From a virus (lineage: Duplodnaviria > Caudoviricetes), in the IMG/VR virus record IMGVR_UViG_3300043765_000021, positions 1 through 53,338 of that record: a DNA stretch of 53,338 nucleotides; one strand, given 5' to 3'. Below the pieces are notes generated by a model. The model did no database searches and was not told the origin of the DNA. It saw only the letters and a program-made list of their open reading frames with translations. Both the position numbers and the translations under genes were made by a program. Below are positions 36,496 to 45,340 of this stretch, piece by piece (the first letter of the stretch is position 1; every line of letters starts with the position of its first letter).

Positions 36496-36818
36496 CAATC
36501 GCCTCCCTTCTGGGTGAGCCAGCGGTCGATGTCCCCGCTCGATATCTCCCACTCGTCGCGGTCGAACCGCGCGACGATATCGTCCTTGAAATACTGGTGC
36601 AGCCTGACGGCCTTGTCGTCGTCCATCGTGTGATGGGCGAGGATCGCGAGCGCCAGCTGCGCGGGGCCGCTCCCGTGATAGCCCCATTCAAAGCCGTTGG
36701 GCGAGTGGTTGTAGAGATCGAGGCGCACCGGCAACTGCCCCATTGCCTGGGGATCGCGCACCGACCACACCCGCACCGCCACATCGCCGGCCCAGCGCAC
36801 ACCGCGATAGATCGCCAT
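36495..36818 (-). CDS. DUF6166-like protein
   Basis: NHSP.GFEWGY.GSGPAQLALAIL. Confidence 0.75.
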   Translation of the reverse strand: MAIYRGVRWAGDVAVRVWSVRDPQAMGQLPVRLDLYNHSPNGFEWGYHGSGPAQLALAILAHHTMDDDKAVRLHQYFKDDIVARFDRDEWEISSGDIDRWLTQKGGD

Positions 36819-37126
36819 CACGCGTCTCCATCCGCGCCGCAAAGCTCGCAGTAGACGCGGCCCTCGCCGTGGTAGCTCTCGTCATCGCCCCCGTACTCGG
36901 TGCCGGTGTAGGCCCAGACGTGAGCGCAGCCCTCGCTGGGATCGTCTTCCAGCGTGTTGGCATCGATCCCCCACGGATAGAAGATCGTCGGCAGCGGTTC
37001 GTGGTGCAGGGCCGCGTGGCAGATCTTCTGAATGTCCTGCGCCGCTTCCTGCGGGTTCTCCTCGCCCTCCTCGATGCCGATTGCGGCACTGATGATCATG
37101 CGGATCGCCGTCTCGAGATTGTCCAT
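36818..37126 (-). CDS. Hypothetical protein
   Basis: C.H.W...YC.LCGADGDA; coupled. Confidence 0.6.
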   Translation of the reverse strand: MDNLETAIRMIISAAIGIEEGEENPQEAAQDIQKICHAALHHEPLPTIFYPWGIDANTLEDDPSEGCAHVWAYTGTEYGGDDESYHGEGRVYCELCGADGDA

Positions 37127-37353
37127 CAGTTGACCTCCCCCCTTGCCACCATGATGTGCGCCACCGGCTCGCTGCATTCCCGGCAAGCGAGCGTCAGCAC
37201 TCCGGTCTGTTTGTCGTAGGACGCGCGGTGTCCCGCGCCGGGATGACACAGCCCGTGCAGGAAGAGGATCTGATCGTGATCCTCATGGGTGCAGTCGGGG
37301 TTCTCGCAGCGGCCCATGTCAAGATCGGCGCGCGTCAGGATTGTTCCCTTCAT
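37126..37353 (-). CDS. Cys/His-rich hypothetical protein
   Basis: C..PDC.H..H...H..CH...C.EC. Confidence 0.6.
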   Translation of the reverse strand: MKGTILTRADLDMGRCENPDCTHEDHDQILFLHGLCHPGAGHRASYDKQTGVLTLACRECSEPVAHIMVARGEVN

Positions 37354-37832
37354 CAGTCGTTCCTCGCTCTGAGATAGCCGCAGTTCCTGGGCGAGCCCTC
37401 GACGCAGTGCTTCTTGCCGTCGCGGCAGCGCCAGCAGGAGTGGGTGCGGAACAAGCCCTCCGCCGCTTCGTCGATCATCCACTTCTCCATCGCGAGATCG
37501 GCAGCGTAGGCATCTGCCTGTCGCTTCTCTTCTGCAAGCCATTCCGCCAAGAGCTTGTCCGCAGCTGCCTTCGACGCGACCTGCTCGGGCGTCCGCACCA
37601 TGCCGTGCGAGGGATGCTCCCACCGCGTTACGTCACCATCCCTGTCGGTGAACTCGCGAACCCGTCCGTCGTAGCAGTGGGGATTGCCGTACTCGCCACA
37701 ATCTGGGCATTCGGGACAGATGCAGTCGTCGGGCATCTTTCCGCAGACCTCGCACGGCTCCTCATGCCCGAAGGCTTCGTCCACCATGCGCTGCGTACAG
37801 CCGGGGGGAAGGCTCCAGCCGAATTTGCTCAT
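37353..37832 (-). CDS. Cys-rich hypothetical protein
   Basis: FGWSLPPGC, CEVCG...C.CPECP.CG, CWRC. Confidence 0.7.
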   Translation of the reverse strand: MSKFGWSLPPGCTQRMVDEAFGHEEPCEVCGKMPDDCICPECPDCGEYGNPHCYDGRVREFTDRDGDVTRWEHPSHGMVRTPEQVASKAAADKLLAEWLAEEKRQADAYAADLAMEKWMIDEAAEGLFRTHSCWRCRDGKKHCVEGSPRNCGYLRARND

Positions 37833-38071
37833 GGCAGCACCTCATGGACAGTGATGTCGTACCACTCCTCGACATGATCGAAATAGACCGCGATTGCCTC
37901 CTTGGGATCGTCGGGACGCGGCTCCGCGCCGCGCACCTCCTCGTCCCAATACTGATCGACCCAGTTGTAGAGTGCGGCGTCCGCACTCTCGGGCGAGGCA
38001 AAGACGCCATCGACGCCGGTTCCGTGCCGGTGAGAGATCACCAGCACCCAGACCTTCTGCGCGTCAGCCAT
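37829..38071 (-). CDS. Hypothetical protein
   Basis: GGAGG RBS, overlaps. Confidence 0.65.
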   Translation of the reverse strand: MADAQKVWVLVISHRHGTGVDGVFASPESADAALYNWVDQYWDEEVRGAEPRPDDPKEAIAVYFDHVEEWYDITVHEVLP

Positions 38072-38510
38072 TGCGCGCCTCCGGTTCTTGATGCAGTTCG
38101 ACAGCGATCATGTGGAGCTTCGTTCCCGGCTCCCCACTCTGGGCGCGCTCGCGCACGAACGCCAGCGCCTCGTCGTTGGTGAACCGCTCCGTGGGATCGC
38201 TGCCGAAGGCGATGATCGCAAGCCGGTCTTCTTCGTCCACCGGCTCGTGCATTTCCCAGCCCTCAAGCATTGCCGTGTGTCGCGCGTGCTCGGTCAGTAG
38301 TCCGTTCTCGTCCACGATGTCCTGGTAGAACAGCGCGTCGATCAAGCGGAGGCAGACCGCCGTGGCCTCGCCGATAAAGCCCTCCGTCTCCACATAGTCT
38401 CCCATCATCGCGTCGATAGCGGCGTCGGACAGCAGCTTCACCGCGGCGACGAGCGTGTCGTAATCGACGCTCACCCGATTGATGAGCGCCGGTTGATAGG
38501 GATTGGTCAT
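38064..38510 (-). CDS. Hypothetical protein
   Basis: GGAGG RBS, overlaps. Confidence 0.65.
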   Translation of the reverse strand: MTNPYQPALINRVSVDYDTLVAAVKLLSDAAIDAMMGDYVETEGFIGEATAVCLRLIDALFYQDIVDENGLLTEHARHTAMLEGWEMHEPVDEEDRLAIIAFGSDPTERFTNDEALAFVRERAQSGEPGTKLHMIAVELHQEPEARNG

Positions 38511-38701
38511 GCGTCACCTCCGTGTTCGCCAAGCCAACTGCGCTGGATCGTGTTGAGGAAGTCGTCGAACGTCGCGCGGTTCTTGCAGAGGCAAACGATG
38601 CTCATGCCCATCACCGCGACGGCTTCGTCCTCGGACAGATCACGCTGGATCTGGAAGAAGTCCATCAGCGAGCACACTTCGTTTTCGAGCGTATCCATCA
38701 T
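38507..38701 (-). CDS. Hypothetical protein
   Basis: AGGAGG RBS. Confidence 0.6.
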   Translation of the reverse strand: MMDTLENEVCSLMDFFQIQRDLSEDEAVAVMGMSIVCLCKNRATFDDFLNTIQRSWLGEHGGDA

Positions 38702-39210
38702 GCATCCTCCTTGATGCCGTAGCCTTCGGAGAGCGCCCAGACGTAGAGCCGGCGCTCTAGCTCCTCCAGATTGTTACTGAGCCACTCGTCGCGGTTCAGC
38801 AGCAGATACCACCGGTCGCCCTCGCCGTGCTTGCACGTGCCGACTGTCCAGGCCCGCGTGTCCTCGATGTAGAGCGCATCGCAGTAGATCCAGCCCTTCT
38901 GCGGCGTGTCGGGATCGAAGCTGTCGTCCTTGAGCTTCTCGCCCAAGTCGTCGCACCATGCGCGCGTTCCCTGGAACTCGGCAAAGGTCATCGCGAGGTT
39001 CTCGTACGTCTCGTCATGGACGATAAGCGCCTTGCCCAGATCGAACATGTGCTGGCAGCGGCGACAGATCGCGTCCTCGTCGCCAATCGCATCGCACTCG
39101 TCGACATCCTCGGGATGCACCTCGCGCTCGGGGAAATCGACCCAGCACTTGACGTAGAGCGACAGTTCGTTGCTGCCGCACTGAGGGCAGCGGTAGATCG
39201 TGATTGCCAT
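38698..39210 (-). CDS. Hypothetical protein with N-terminal zinc ribbon
   Basis: CPQCGS...CRRC; GATGGAGG RBS. Confidence 0.7.
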   Translation of the reverse strand: MAITIYRCPQCGSNELSLYVKCWVDFPEREVHPEDVDECDAIGDEDAICRRCQHMFDLGKALIVHDETYENLAMTFAEFQGTRAWCDDLGEKLKDDSFDPDTPQKGWIYCDALYIEDTRAWTVGTCKHGEGDRWYLLLNRDEWLSNNLEELERRLYVWALSEGYGIKEDA

Positions 39211-39232
39211 CGGCACCTCCATCGTTAACAAA

Positions 39233-39244
39233 TTCCACGTGGAA
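39233..39244. promoter_or_regulatory. TTCCACGTGGAA palindrome (parS-like site 5)
   Basis: Intergenic; 22-bp identity with 16841-16862. Confidence 0.75.
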
Positions 39245-39245
39245 C

Positions 39246-39446
39246 TCAGTTGGCCTCGTCCCACCACGTCTCATCGACCGTGAGAAACTGGCGCTCGTCA
39301 TCGCCGTCCACACGGCGAGCCTCGACCGCTTTGGCAAGCGCGGCCTCGCGCTCGCCGTGGGTGTCGTCCAGCCCATCGGGGATCTCGACCTCGCAGTCGA
39401 AGCACTCGGTGATCTGTTCGTAGATCGTGACCTTCACCGTCTCCAT
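39246..39446 (-). CDS. Small acidic hypothetical protein
   Basis: GATGGAGG RBS block identical to that of the next gene. Confidence 0.6.
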   Translation of the reverse strand: METVKVTIYEQITECFDCEVEIPDGLDDTHGEREAALAKAVEARRVDGDDERQFLTVDETWWDEAN

Positions 39447-39460
39447 CGGCACCTCCATCG

Positions 39461-39513
39461 TGGCAGTTCACGTAAGCCCCCCGCCGTAGCAGGGGGCTGC
39501 ACGTCAACTGTCA
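39461..39513. repeat. Intergenic hairpin element E1 (type B)
   Basis: TGGCAGTTCACGTAAGCCCCC...GGGGGCTGCACGTCAACTGTCA; near copy at 42370. Confidence 0.8.
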
Positions 39514-39514
39514 G

Positions 39515-39658
39515 CTACCAGCAATAGGTGTTGCAGGTGCGGAAGTTGCCGAAGCCGCTGCATGTGGTGGTGCAGCTATAGGCGTGGGCGACGACCGCCC
39601 AGCCGCTGATGGCAAGCACCGCAACGGTGATTGCCGCAAACAAGGTGCGCTTTGACAT
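39515..39658 (-). CDS. Secreted four-cysteine mini-peptide
   Basis: MSKRTLFAAITVAVLAISGWAVVAHA|YSCTTTCSGFGNFRTCNTYCW; GATGGAGG RBS; missed by the ORF track. Confidence 0.7.
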   Translation of the reverse strand: MSKRTLFAAITVAVLAISGWAVVAHAYSCTTTCSGFGNFRTCNTYCW

Positions 39659-39719
39659 AGGCTTTATCCTCCATCAGAGGCAGATTGCGCGGGGAAGCCC
39701 GCCCGCGCACGGGATGGGA

Positions 39720-40298
39720 TTAGCGGTCGATGACGCGCGCCAGATAGTCGATCACGAACCGCGTCACCAAAGGCTCGTTGCCCTCGGGGATGTGGATGCG
39801 CGTACCGGAATACGTCTCGACCCTGCCCAGTTCCGCCATCGCCTTGGCGTGTTGTTCGTAGCTGCCGTACACGTAGTCGTCGTTGACGCGACCCCAGAGC
39901 GTCCATGTGTTCAAATCGCCGCAGCGGATGCCAGAGGCTTGGTTGTAGTAGTTCACGTCGCGCGGCCCGCAGCCGAAGCACAGCCCCTCAAAGCGGTACG
40001 GGCGCTTCTGGTCGTCGTCAGCGATGTCGAGTGAGAACCAGAACTTGCCCTTGGCACTGCCGACATTGGCAGCGACCAGTTCCTTGAAGGCAGTCATAAG
40101 CTCGGCGTAGGCGTCTTCCAGCTTCTGCTTCTGCGCCAGCACCGCGACAGTATGCGCTGCGGCCTTGGCCCGCTTATCAGCGAGTGCGTGAAGCACGGAC
40201 GCCGCCAGCGACGGCTGTTCCGGCTGCGGATTGACGATCTTCCCCTCGCCGTCGTTATCGACAACGATGGTCGCAGTCCCTCTAACGATTTTACTCAT
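39720..40298 (-). CDS. Hypothetical protein
   Basis: GATGGAGGAG RBS. Confidence 0.65.
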   Translation of the reverse strand: MSKIVRGTATIVVDNDGEGKIVNPQPEQPSLAASVLHALADKRAKAAAHTVAVLAQKQKLEDAYAELMTAFKELVAANVGSAKGKFWFSLDIADDDQKRPYRFEGLCFGCGPRDVNYYNQASGIRCGDLNTWTLWGRVNDDYVYGSYEQHAKAMAELGRVETYSGTRIHIPEGNEPLVTRFVIDYLARVIDR

Positions 40299-40542
40299 TG
40301 GCTCCTCCATCCTTGATGAACTCGACTTTGGCAAAGTCGAAGTCACGGGTTTGCTCGAAATCCTCGTCACCCACCACATCGACCAGTGCGAAGTAGGTGG
40401 CGTCCTCGGCGTCCTCGATGCACTCGGCATCGCGCACGTCGCGTTCCTCCGCGATCTTGATCGCCTCCTCCATCGTCTCGGCCTCGATGTCGGGCTGCTT
40501 GACGCGGTAGAGGCGGTAAAGATGCACGTTATAGAGCGTCAT
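40291..40542 (-). CDS. Small acidic hypothetical protein
   Basis: Y.V.....IEA...EEA..IA pattern. Confidence 0.6.
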   Translation of the reverse strand: MTLYNVHLYRLYRVKQPDIEAETMEEAIKIAEERDVRDAECIEDAEDATYFALVDVVGDEDFEQTRDFDFAKVEFIKDGGANE

Positions 40543-40763
40543 AGCCGCGCGCTCCATTTCCACTTGGTACTATCCTCGATGGGATAGACCAGTGAGCCGC
40601 AATCCGCCGTTGGGCAGCGCCCGCACGGCGACGGATCGCCAGGAGTGAGCGAACACTCTCCGATCTCGTCCACTTCGGCAAAGGTGCCTGTCCAATTGCA
40701 GCCGCCGCACTCGCATGGCGTGTCGTCGGGCGGCTCCTCCATTTCGACGGTATAGATTGTCAT
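40539..40763 (-). CDS. Cys-rich hypothetical protein
   Basis: CECGGC.W...L.PG...P.GRCP..CGSL. Confidence 0.65.
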   Translation of the reverse strand: MTIYTVEMEEPPDDTPCECGGCNWTGTFAEVDEIGECSLTPGDPSPCGRCPTADCGSLVYPIEDSTKWKWSARL

Positions 40764-40993
40764 AGGTGCCAGCCCTCCTTGTCGTAAGTGGCGTGGGTGT
40801 CCGGTTTCGCCGCCTCGATGCGCGAGACGACGGTATGCACCGGCTCATCGAGGATGTTATTGCCCCACTCAAGCTCGCAGTTCTCGATCAGATGCTCGGC
40901 AAGGCCGCGCGCCTCATCGACGTTCTCGGCTGCGATCACCTCGCTGGTGTACTCGATGATGACGCGCTTGAAGGTGAACTCGTATTTTCTCAT
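40760..40993 (-). CDS. Small acidic hypothetical protein
   Basis: Y.F......IAAEN.DEA...A pattern. Confidence 0.6.
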   Translation of the reverse strand: MRKYEFTFKRVIIEYTSEVIAAENVDEARGLAEHLIENCELEWGNNILDEPVHTVVSRIEAAKPDTHATYDKEGWHL

Positions 40994-41406
40994 CGCGCCT
41001 TCTCCGTGCAACTGATGCAGATTTCGTTGAGATCGAAGCTGTAGTGTCCCTCGTCAAAACGCTGCTGCGCGATGTCCTGCGCCTTCTGCTCGGCCTCAGT
41101 CTCATCGTGCGCCTGGACGTGGATGTCGTCGCCAGAGCAAGCGAATAGCTGCACCGTGACGACGTAATCCACTTCGGGCTTTTCTTCGACAATCTCCTCG
41201 TCCTCGGTGAGGAACACCACCGGGTAGCCCTCCTCCTTGGCGGCGTCCTGCAAGTTGTCGATCCAGTTGAGGATGCCGTGCAGCGGCACGGTGTCGTCGC
41301 CGGTCGCCTGCGCGGTGTCGATGGCCTGGAGCAGCGCCAGCTTCTGTTTCGCCAGCATCGCCCAGTCGGTGTAACTGAACACCCGCTCGGTTGGATCCAT
41401 TGCCAT
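40990..41406 (-). CDS. Hypothetical protein
   Basis: DW..L..QK..L ... L.GIL..ID.LQD.A; C-terminal V.A.DE.EA..KA. Confidence 0.65.
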   Translation of the reverse strand: MAMDPTERVFSYTDWAMLAKQKLALLQAIDTAQATGDDTVPLHGILNWIDNLQDAAKEEGYPVVFLTEDEEIVEEKPEVDYVVTVQLFACSGDDIHVQAHDETEAEQKAQDIAQQRFDEGHYSFDLNEICISCTEKAR

Positions 41407-41588
41407 CAGCATCCCTCCCTCGGTTGGATTTTCAGCTTCCAGTGCAGCGGCAACCAGTACCGCTTCACCGGATTGCTGCCGAAGCTCGCCTCGATCCCGC
41501 CGCGATCCGGCTTGACGCTCTTCACCACCTCGCGGCCTGGAAACAGCACGTCGCCAACGCGCAGCTTGTCGGCTGTGACCGTCTTCAT
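41406..41588 (-). CDS. Hypothetical protein
   Basis: A..L.VGD motif; coupled. Confidence 0.55.
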   Translation of the reverse strand: MKTVTADKLRVGDVLFPGREVVKSVKPDRGGIEASFGSNPVKRYWLPLHWKLKIQPREGC

Positions 41589-41830
41589 CAGCTTTCCTCC
41601 CTTTCGATGAGAAATGCGATGAGGCCAGCGCGGCCCCGCGCGATGACGTGGCGGGTCATCCCCAAGTCCACGTACTCCCTGTCCTCAGAGGCGAACCACG
41701 TGATGTTGTCGTCGCGGCCCGTGCGCTGGATCTCGGGATAGCCCTCGCGCAGATAGGTCATTGCCTCCTTGCGCGTGGCGAACCACAAGCTCCATCCATC
41801 GTTGGTGGGGAAGACTTCCCAGATAATCAT
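41588..41830 (-). CDS. Hypothetical protein
   Basis: Coupled start/stop. Confidence 0.55.
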   Translation of the reverse strand: MIIWEVFPTNDGWSLWFATRKEAMTYLREGYPEIQRTGRDDNITWFASEDREYVDLGMTRHVIARGRAGLIAFLIEREES

Positions 41831-42351
41831 TTGCGCCGTCCTTCGCCTAGCGCCTCGCGGATGACGCGCAGCACGTCGTCGGCGTCCGGCTCAACGAAAC
41901 TCATTGCCGCGCTCACCTCGGTGATGAACTTTTCGGCCTGGACGAGCGCGTCACGCATCGTGTCGTTGCCGATCTGCGAGACGATGGCATAGCTGCCGTT
42001 GTCGATCTCCTCGATCCACTTCATCGCGGAGTACAGCACTTGCTCAAGGTCTGTGGTGTAGTCACTGAGGATGTCCACGCGGTTGCCGTAGACGAGGTAG
42101 ATCCAGCTATCGCACTGCGGGTAGACCGCCTCGCTCCCCGGCTTGTAACAGAACACATGGCTTTCGTCGGCCAAGGCGTCGACGTGTTCCATGACGAGGT
42201 TGATGTCATGGCTCGGAGCGACGTTCTCCTCGTCGCACTCCTGCTGGTAGTCGTCAACGATGAGGCCGTAGCCAGCTGCGATAAGGTCTTCGCAGAGCTT
42301 CTTGGCAATCGCGTACTCCATCGGGTGCATGTATTTGCGCTGGTAGGTCAT
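41827..42351 (-). CDS. Phage hypothetical protein
   Basis: WIYLVYGN..D.LSDY motif; GATGGAG RBS. Confidence 0.7.
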   Translation of the reverse strand: MTYQRKYMHPMEYAIAKKLCEDLIAAGYGLIVDDYQQECDEENVAPSHDINLVMEHVDALADESHVFCYKPGSEAVYPQCDSWIYLVYGNRVDILSDYTTDLEQVLYSAMKWIEEIDNGSYAIVSQIGNDTMRDALVQAEKFITEVSAAMSFVEPDADDVLRVIREALGEGRRK

Positions 42352-42369
42352 AGGCTTCTCCATCCTTGC

Positions 42370-42424
42370 TGGCAGTTCACGTAAGCCCTCCCGTTGGCGC
42401 GAGAGGGCTGCACGTCAAATGTCA
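42370..42424. repeat. Intergenic hairpin element E3 (type B)
   Basis: TGGCAGTTCACGTAAGCCCTC...GAGGGCTGCACGTCAAATGTCA; compensatory C-G to T-A change versus E1. Confidence 0.8.
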
Positions 42425-42691
42425 GAGCGTTATCGGATTAGGTGCCCAACTGAGGTAGTCGTTGCCGCGCTCGGTCATCGCGTCCTCAAGGTACTTGCCG
42501 TTGGCGACAAGCCACTCCTGCGCCTTGCCCAAGAGCGCCTCGTCCGCGCCGTCGAGTTCGTCGGGCAATTGATTGCTGATTACGTCTTCGGCGCAGAACG
42601 CGACCACCACCAGCCCCCGGTCGCGCAGCACGTCCAGAAGCTGGTGGTTCTCGTAACCCTCCAGGGCTTTGTGAAGTTCCTCGTTTGTCAT
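42422..42691 (-). CDS. Hypothetical protein
   Basis: GATGGAGGAG RBS. Confidence 0.65.
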   Translation of the reverse strand: MTNEELHKALEGYENHQLLDVLRDRGLVVVAFCAEDVISNQLPDELDGADEALLGKAQEWLVANGKYLEDAMTERGNDYLSWAPNPITL

Positions 42692-42702
42692 TGGCTCCTC
42701 CA

Positions 42703-43428
42703 TCAGTCGCCTATGAAATCGATGACGATCCGGCAGACGCGCCGGCCCCAGCCCTCCACGTCGCGGATTTCCGCCATGACGCTGTACTCGCCGTCGCCCA
42801 GCCCCGTCGAGAAACAGACGCCAGCGCGGTACTGGTGCGCCAGCGAGCCGTCCTCGCGGATAATGCGGCCCATGAAGGTGCCGTGCGTGTCCATGATGTC
42901 CTTGCCACCCGCGATCTCCTTGAGGAAATCCGTCCAGCCCTCGCGGCCGCGTGCCAAGTTGGTGTCCTTGATGAAGCACGGGTCGCCCACGATCAGCATC
43001 CCGGCGTCAACGCCCACCCGCCCGATCTCGATCATGCCGGTGTCGGCGTCGTCGCGCCGGAAGACGCCGTAGTCGTAGAGCTTCAGCACGTCCTTCGGTG
43101 CCAAGCTCCACGTCACATAGGCGTCGGGATCGCTGTCGTCGTACTCGTCATAGAGGCCGTTAAGCGCCATGCCCTCGTTGATGGCATACGCGATGCTCTC
43201 GCCAAAGTCCTCGTATCCCGGCCCCAGCAGCTTGTCGTTCTTATCCCAGCCTTCGGGCGGGTTGAGCTTGCCGACAGGCCAGCCCTTGGGCGCGACGACG
43301 CCTGGACGAATGCCGGTCGAGCCGCCGACAATGATGTCGTCCTCGATGTCGAACTGCACCGTCAGGTATTGGCTGCGCTCGCCCTTATGCGGGTAGATGA
43401 GGTGAACGTCGATGTAACGATCAGTCAT
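42703..43428 (-). CDS. Hypothetical protein with DUF4241-like C-terminal domain
   Basis: G.VGVDAG...VGDPC ... STG.GDG.Y.V. Confidence 0.6.
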   Translation of the reverse strand: MTDRYIDVHLIYPHKGERSQYLTVQFDIEDDIIVGGSTGIRPGVVAPKGWPVGKLNPPEGWDKNDKLLGPGYEDFGESIAYAINEGMALNGLYDEYDDSDPDAYVTWSLAPKDVLKLYDYGVFRRDDADTGMIEIGRVGVDAGMLIVGDPCFIKDTNLARGREGWTDFLKEIAGGKDIMDTHGTFMGRIIREDGSLAHQYRAGVCFSTGLGDGEYSVMAEIRDVEGWGRRVCRIVIDFIGD

Positions 43429-43643
43429 GTGACCCTCCAGCGTTGTGGAATGACGATAGCCCCGGCGTCGAGCTTCAAACCTCGATCCGCCGCGAGCCGA
43501 CTTAGCGCACCGGCAGCATGGGCCGCGCAGCAGTAGATCGCGCGCTTCTCGCCGTCGAATGTCGCGGTCTTCAGCGTGACGACGATCCCGTCGTCGCCCA
43601 CAAGCTCCAGGCAGTTGCCGTATTGACAGGTGATGGCAGGCAT
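43425..43643 (-). CDS. Small Cys-containing hypothetical protein
   Basis: CQYGNC...YCC..H; AGGAGG RBS. Confidence 0.55.
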   Translation of the reverse strand: MPAITCQYGNCLELVGDDGIVVTLKTATFDGEKRAIYCCAAHAAGALSRLAADRGLKLDAGAIVIPQRWRVT

Positions 43644-43858
43644 TAGTCCCTCCTAATTCCAAGGTGCTTCTCGATGCGCTCGACGCGTTTCACCAAGTCA
43701 TCGGCGTCGAGGTAACTCTCGATTGCCTTGACGATCTCGGCTTTGACTGAGCGGCTGTTCTCAGCCGCTCGCTGGCGTAGGCGTTCGCGAAAGCCGGGAG
43801 GTAAGCGAAGCAGATATTGATCGCCTTCGCGCACTACTTGTTTGCAGGAGGTGGTCAT
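43643..43858 (-). CDS. Arc-family ribbon-helix-helix DNA-binding protein
   Basis: QYLLRLP...RERL..RA.EN.RSV.AEIV..IE. Confidence 0.85.
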   Translation of the reverse strand: MTTSCKQVVREGDQYLLRLPPGFRERLRQRAAENSRSVKAEIVKAIESYLDADDLVKRVERIEKHLGIRRD

Positions 43859-44034
43859 TATGGCTCTTTGTGCGGCACGGCGCGCAGCAGACGCCCGTGG
43901 TCGATCAACAGCGCCTCGATGTCCTCGACTTTGACCGTCATGCGCTGAGTGCCGTTCTTCACTTTCTGCACGGCCTGGACGAGTGCCTCGAAAGAGGCGC
44001 GCGGGCATGAGAGTTCGATGGGGTCGCCATTCAT
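43858..44034 (-). CDS. Hypothetical protein
   Basis: Coupled; V.V..LL.DH motif. Confidence 0.55.
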   Translation of the reverse strand: MNGDPIELSCPRASFEALVQAVQKVKNGTQRMTVKVEDIEALLIDHGRLLRAVPHKEP

Positions 44035-44306
44035 CGACCGGCCTCGCGCATCACACAGATGACTTCGCTCGGTCGCACCACGAACTCGGCATAGCCATAG
44101 CACCGCACTGTCGGCCAGTGGCGGTCGTCGTTGGTGAACCCGTTGACCGTCCGCACCTCGACGCGTGTCGGCCAACGGCACGTAGCTTTGAATTGAATGC
44201 GATCACCCACGCCATAGCTTCCCGGCGGCGGGTATTCGTAGCTCGCGCCGCCGCCGCGACCGCTCGTCTGTCTTGGGTAGTGCGCGCCCAGATCGTGGTC
44301 TGCCAT
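44031..44306 (-). CDS. Hypothetical protein (SH3-like)
   Basis: Y.VGDRI.F...R.V.G....V.......V...EV. Confidence 0.55.
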   Translation of the reverse strand: MADHDLGAHYPRQTSGRGGGASYEYPPPGSYGVGDRIQFKATCRWPTRVEVRTVNGFTNDDRHWPTVRCYGYAEFVVRPSEVICVMREAGR

Positions 44307-44307
44307 G

Positions 44308-44958
44308 TCAGTTGTCCTTCCATCCTTGCTCGCGGTGAAATTCCGCCTTCAACTCGACGCGCTCCTTTCGCAGCTGCGTGATTTGCTCCAAGGCGTCGGT
44401 CACATACCCACGGAACACCGCCATCAATTCGGGCGTGTAGCTCGCGCGGGCTGCGCGTCCCTCCGCGTGGAACGTCCCCAGGAGACGTCGCCGGATCGCG
44501 GCAACCTCGTCGTCCTTCTCGTCGTATTGCAGCTTCGCGTGTGATGCGCGGCGATAGTCGCGCTCTTCCTCCGCGTAGACTTCGGCGATGCGATCCGCCG
44601 CTTGGGCCGCTTCCAGCCTGTCGTCGTAGAACGTATCGACGGCGATCAGCGCGGCCTTGCCGTTAAACGGGTCTTCCATCCCGGCGAGGAAACGCCATTC
44701 GCCGCGCCAGCGCAGCGCAAAGACGACGCCACGCGCAAGCTCGTCCATGCACCCGTCATCCTCAAGGAACCAGCCTTTGTGATCGATCATGCGGTAATAG
44801 CCCGCGTCTCTCGATACCTCGTCGCAATAGCCCTCGCTGCGCAGCCCGCAGGAACGCTCTGGATGCTCAAACCACCGCAGGGTGCTGCTACCCTGCCTAA
44901 AGGGCTTTCCCACGCTCTGGCGGGCTTCCCTGACGCGCGCTGTGGGTACGTATCGCAT
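44308..44958 (-). CDS. Phage hypothetical protein
   Basis: GWF.D...RG.V..L....FLAG...AA..AD..AE..AEEER; GATGGAG RBS. Confidence 0.7.
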   Translation of the reverse strand: MRYVPTARVREARQSVGKPFRQGSSTLRWFEHPERSCGLRSEGYCDEVSRDAGYYRMIDHKGWFLEDDGCMDELARGVVFALRWRGEWRFLAGMEDPFNGKAALIAVDTFYDDRLEAAQAADRIAEVYAEEERDYRRASHAKLQYDEKDDEVAAIRRRLLGTFHAEGRAARASYTPELMAVFRGYVTDALEQITQLRKERVELKAEFHREQGWKDN

Positions 44959-44980
44959 CGTCTCGTCTCCATCATCGTCT

Positions 44981-45027
44981 TGGCACCCCAAAACCCCCAC
45001 GCCACGACGCGTTGGGGGCTATTTGGG
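44981..45027. repeat. Intergenic hairpin element E4 (type A)
   Basis: TGGCACCCCAAAA-CCCCCACGC-CACGAC-GCG-T-TGGGGG. Confidence 0.75.
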
Positions 45028-45107
45028 TTCGCCTTGCAGAGGCTATGATCGATGTTATTTCTTCATGCCGTCCTCCTGTCGCTCCCGCGCTTTGGGCTTG
45101 CTATCGC

Positions 45108-45320
45108 CTAGCCGCGCGGCCTCGTCTGAATGCCGTACCGCGTCTGGTTGTCGAGCAGCACAAGCTCCTCGCCCTCCAGCACGGGCGGTGCGCCCAGATG
45201 GATCTCGCCCTCGTCGAGCTTCCTCTGCACGTCGCCAGCGTCAAAGCCATAGACGCGGTAATAGCGTTCAGCCTGTTTCTGTGTCGGGAAATGGCTCGTC
45301 CCGTAGATCGAGTAGAACAT
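45108..45320 (-). CDS. Hypothetical protein
   Basis: GTSHF...A.RYY...KL..GEIH.G.P. Confidence 0.6.
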   Translation of the reverse strand: MFYSIYGTSHFPTQKQAERYYRVYGFDAGDVQRKLDEGEIHLGAPPVLEGEELVLLDNQTRYGIQTRPRG

Positions 45321-45340
45321 GCTCCGCACCCTCTTGTCAA

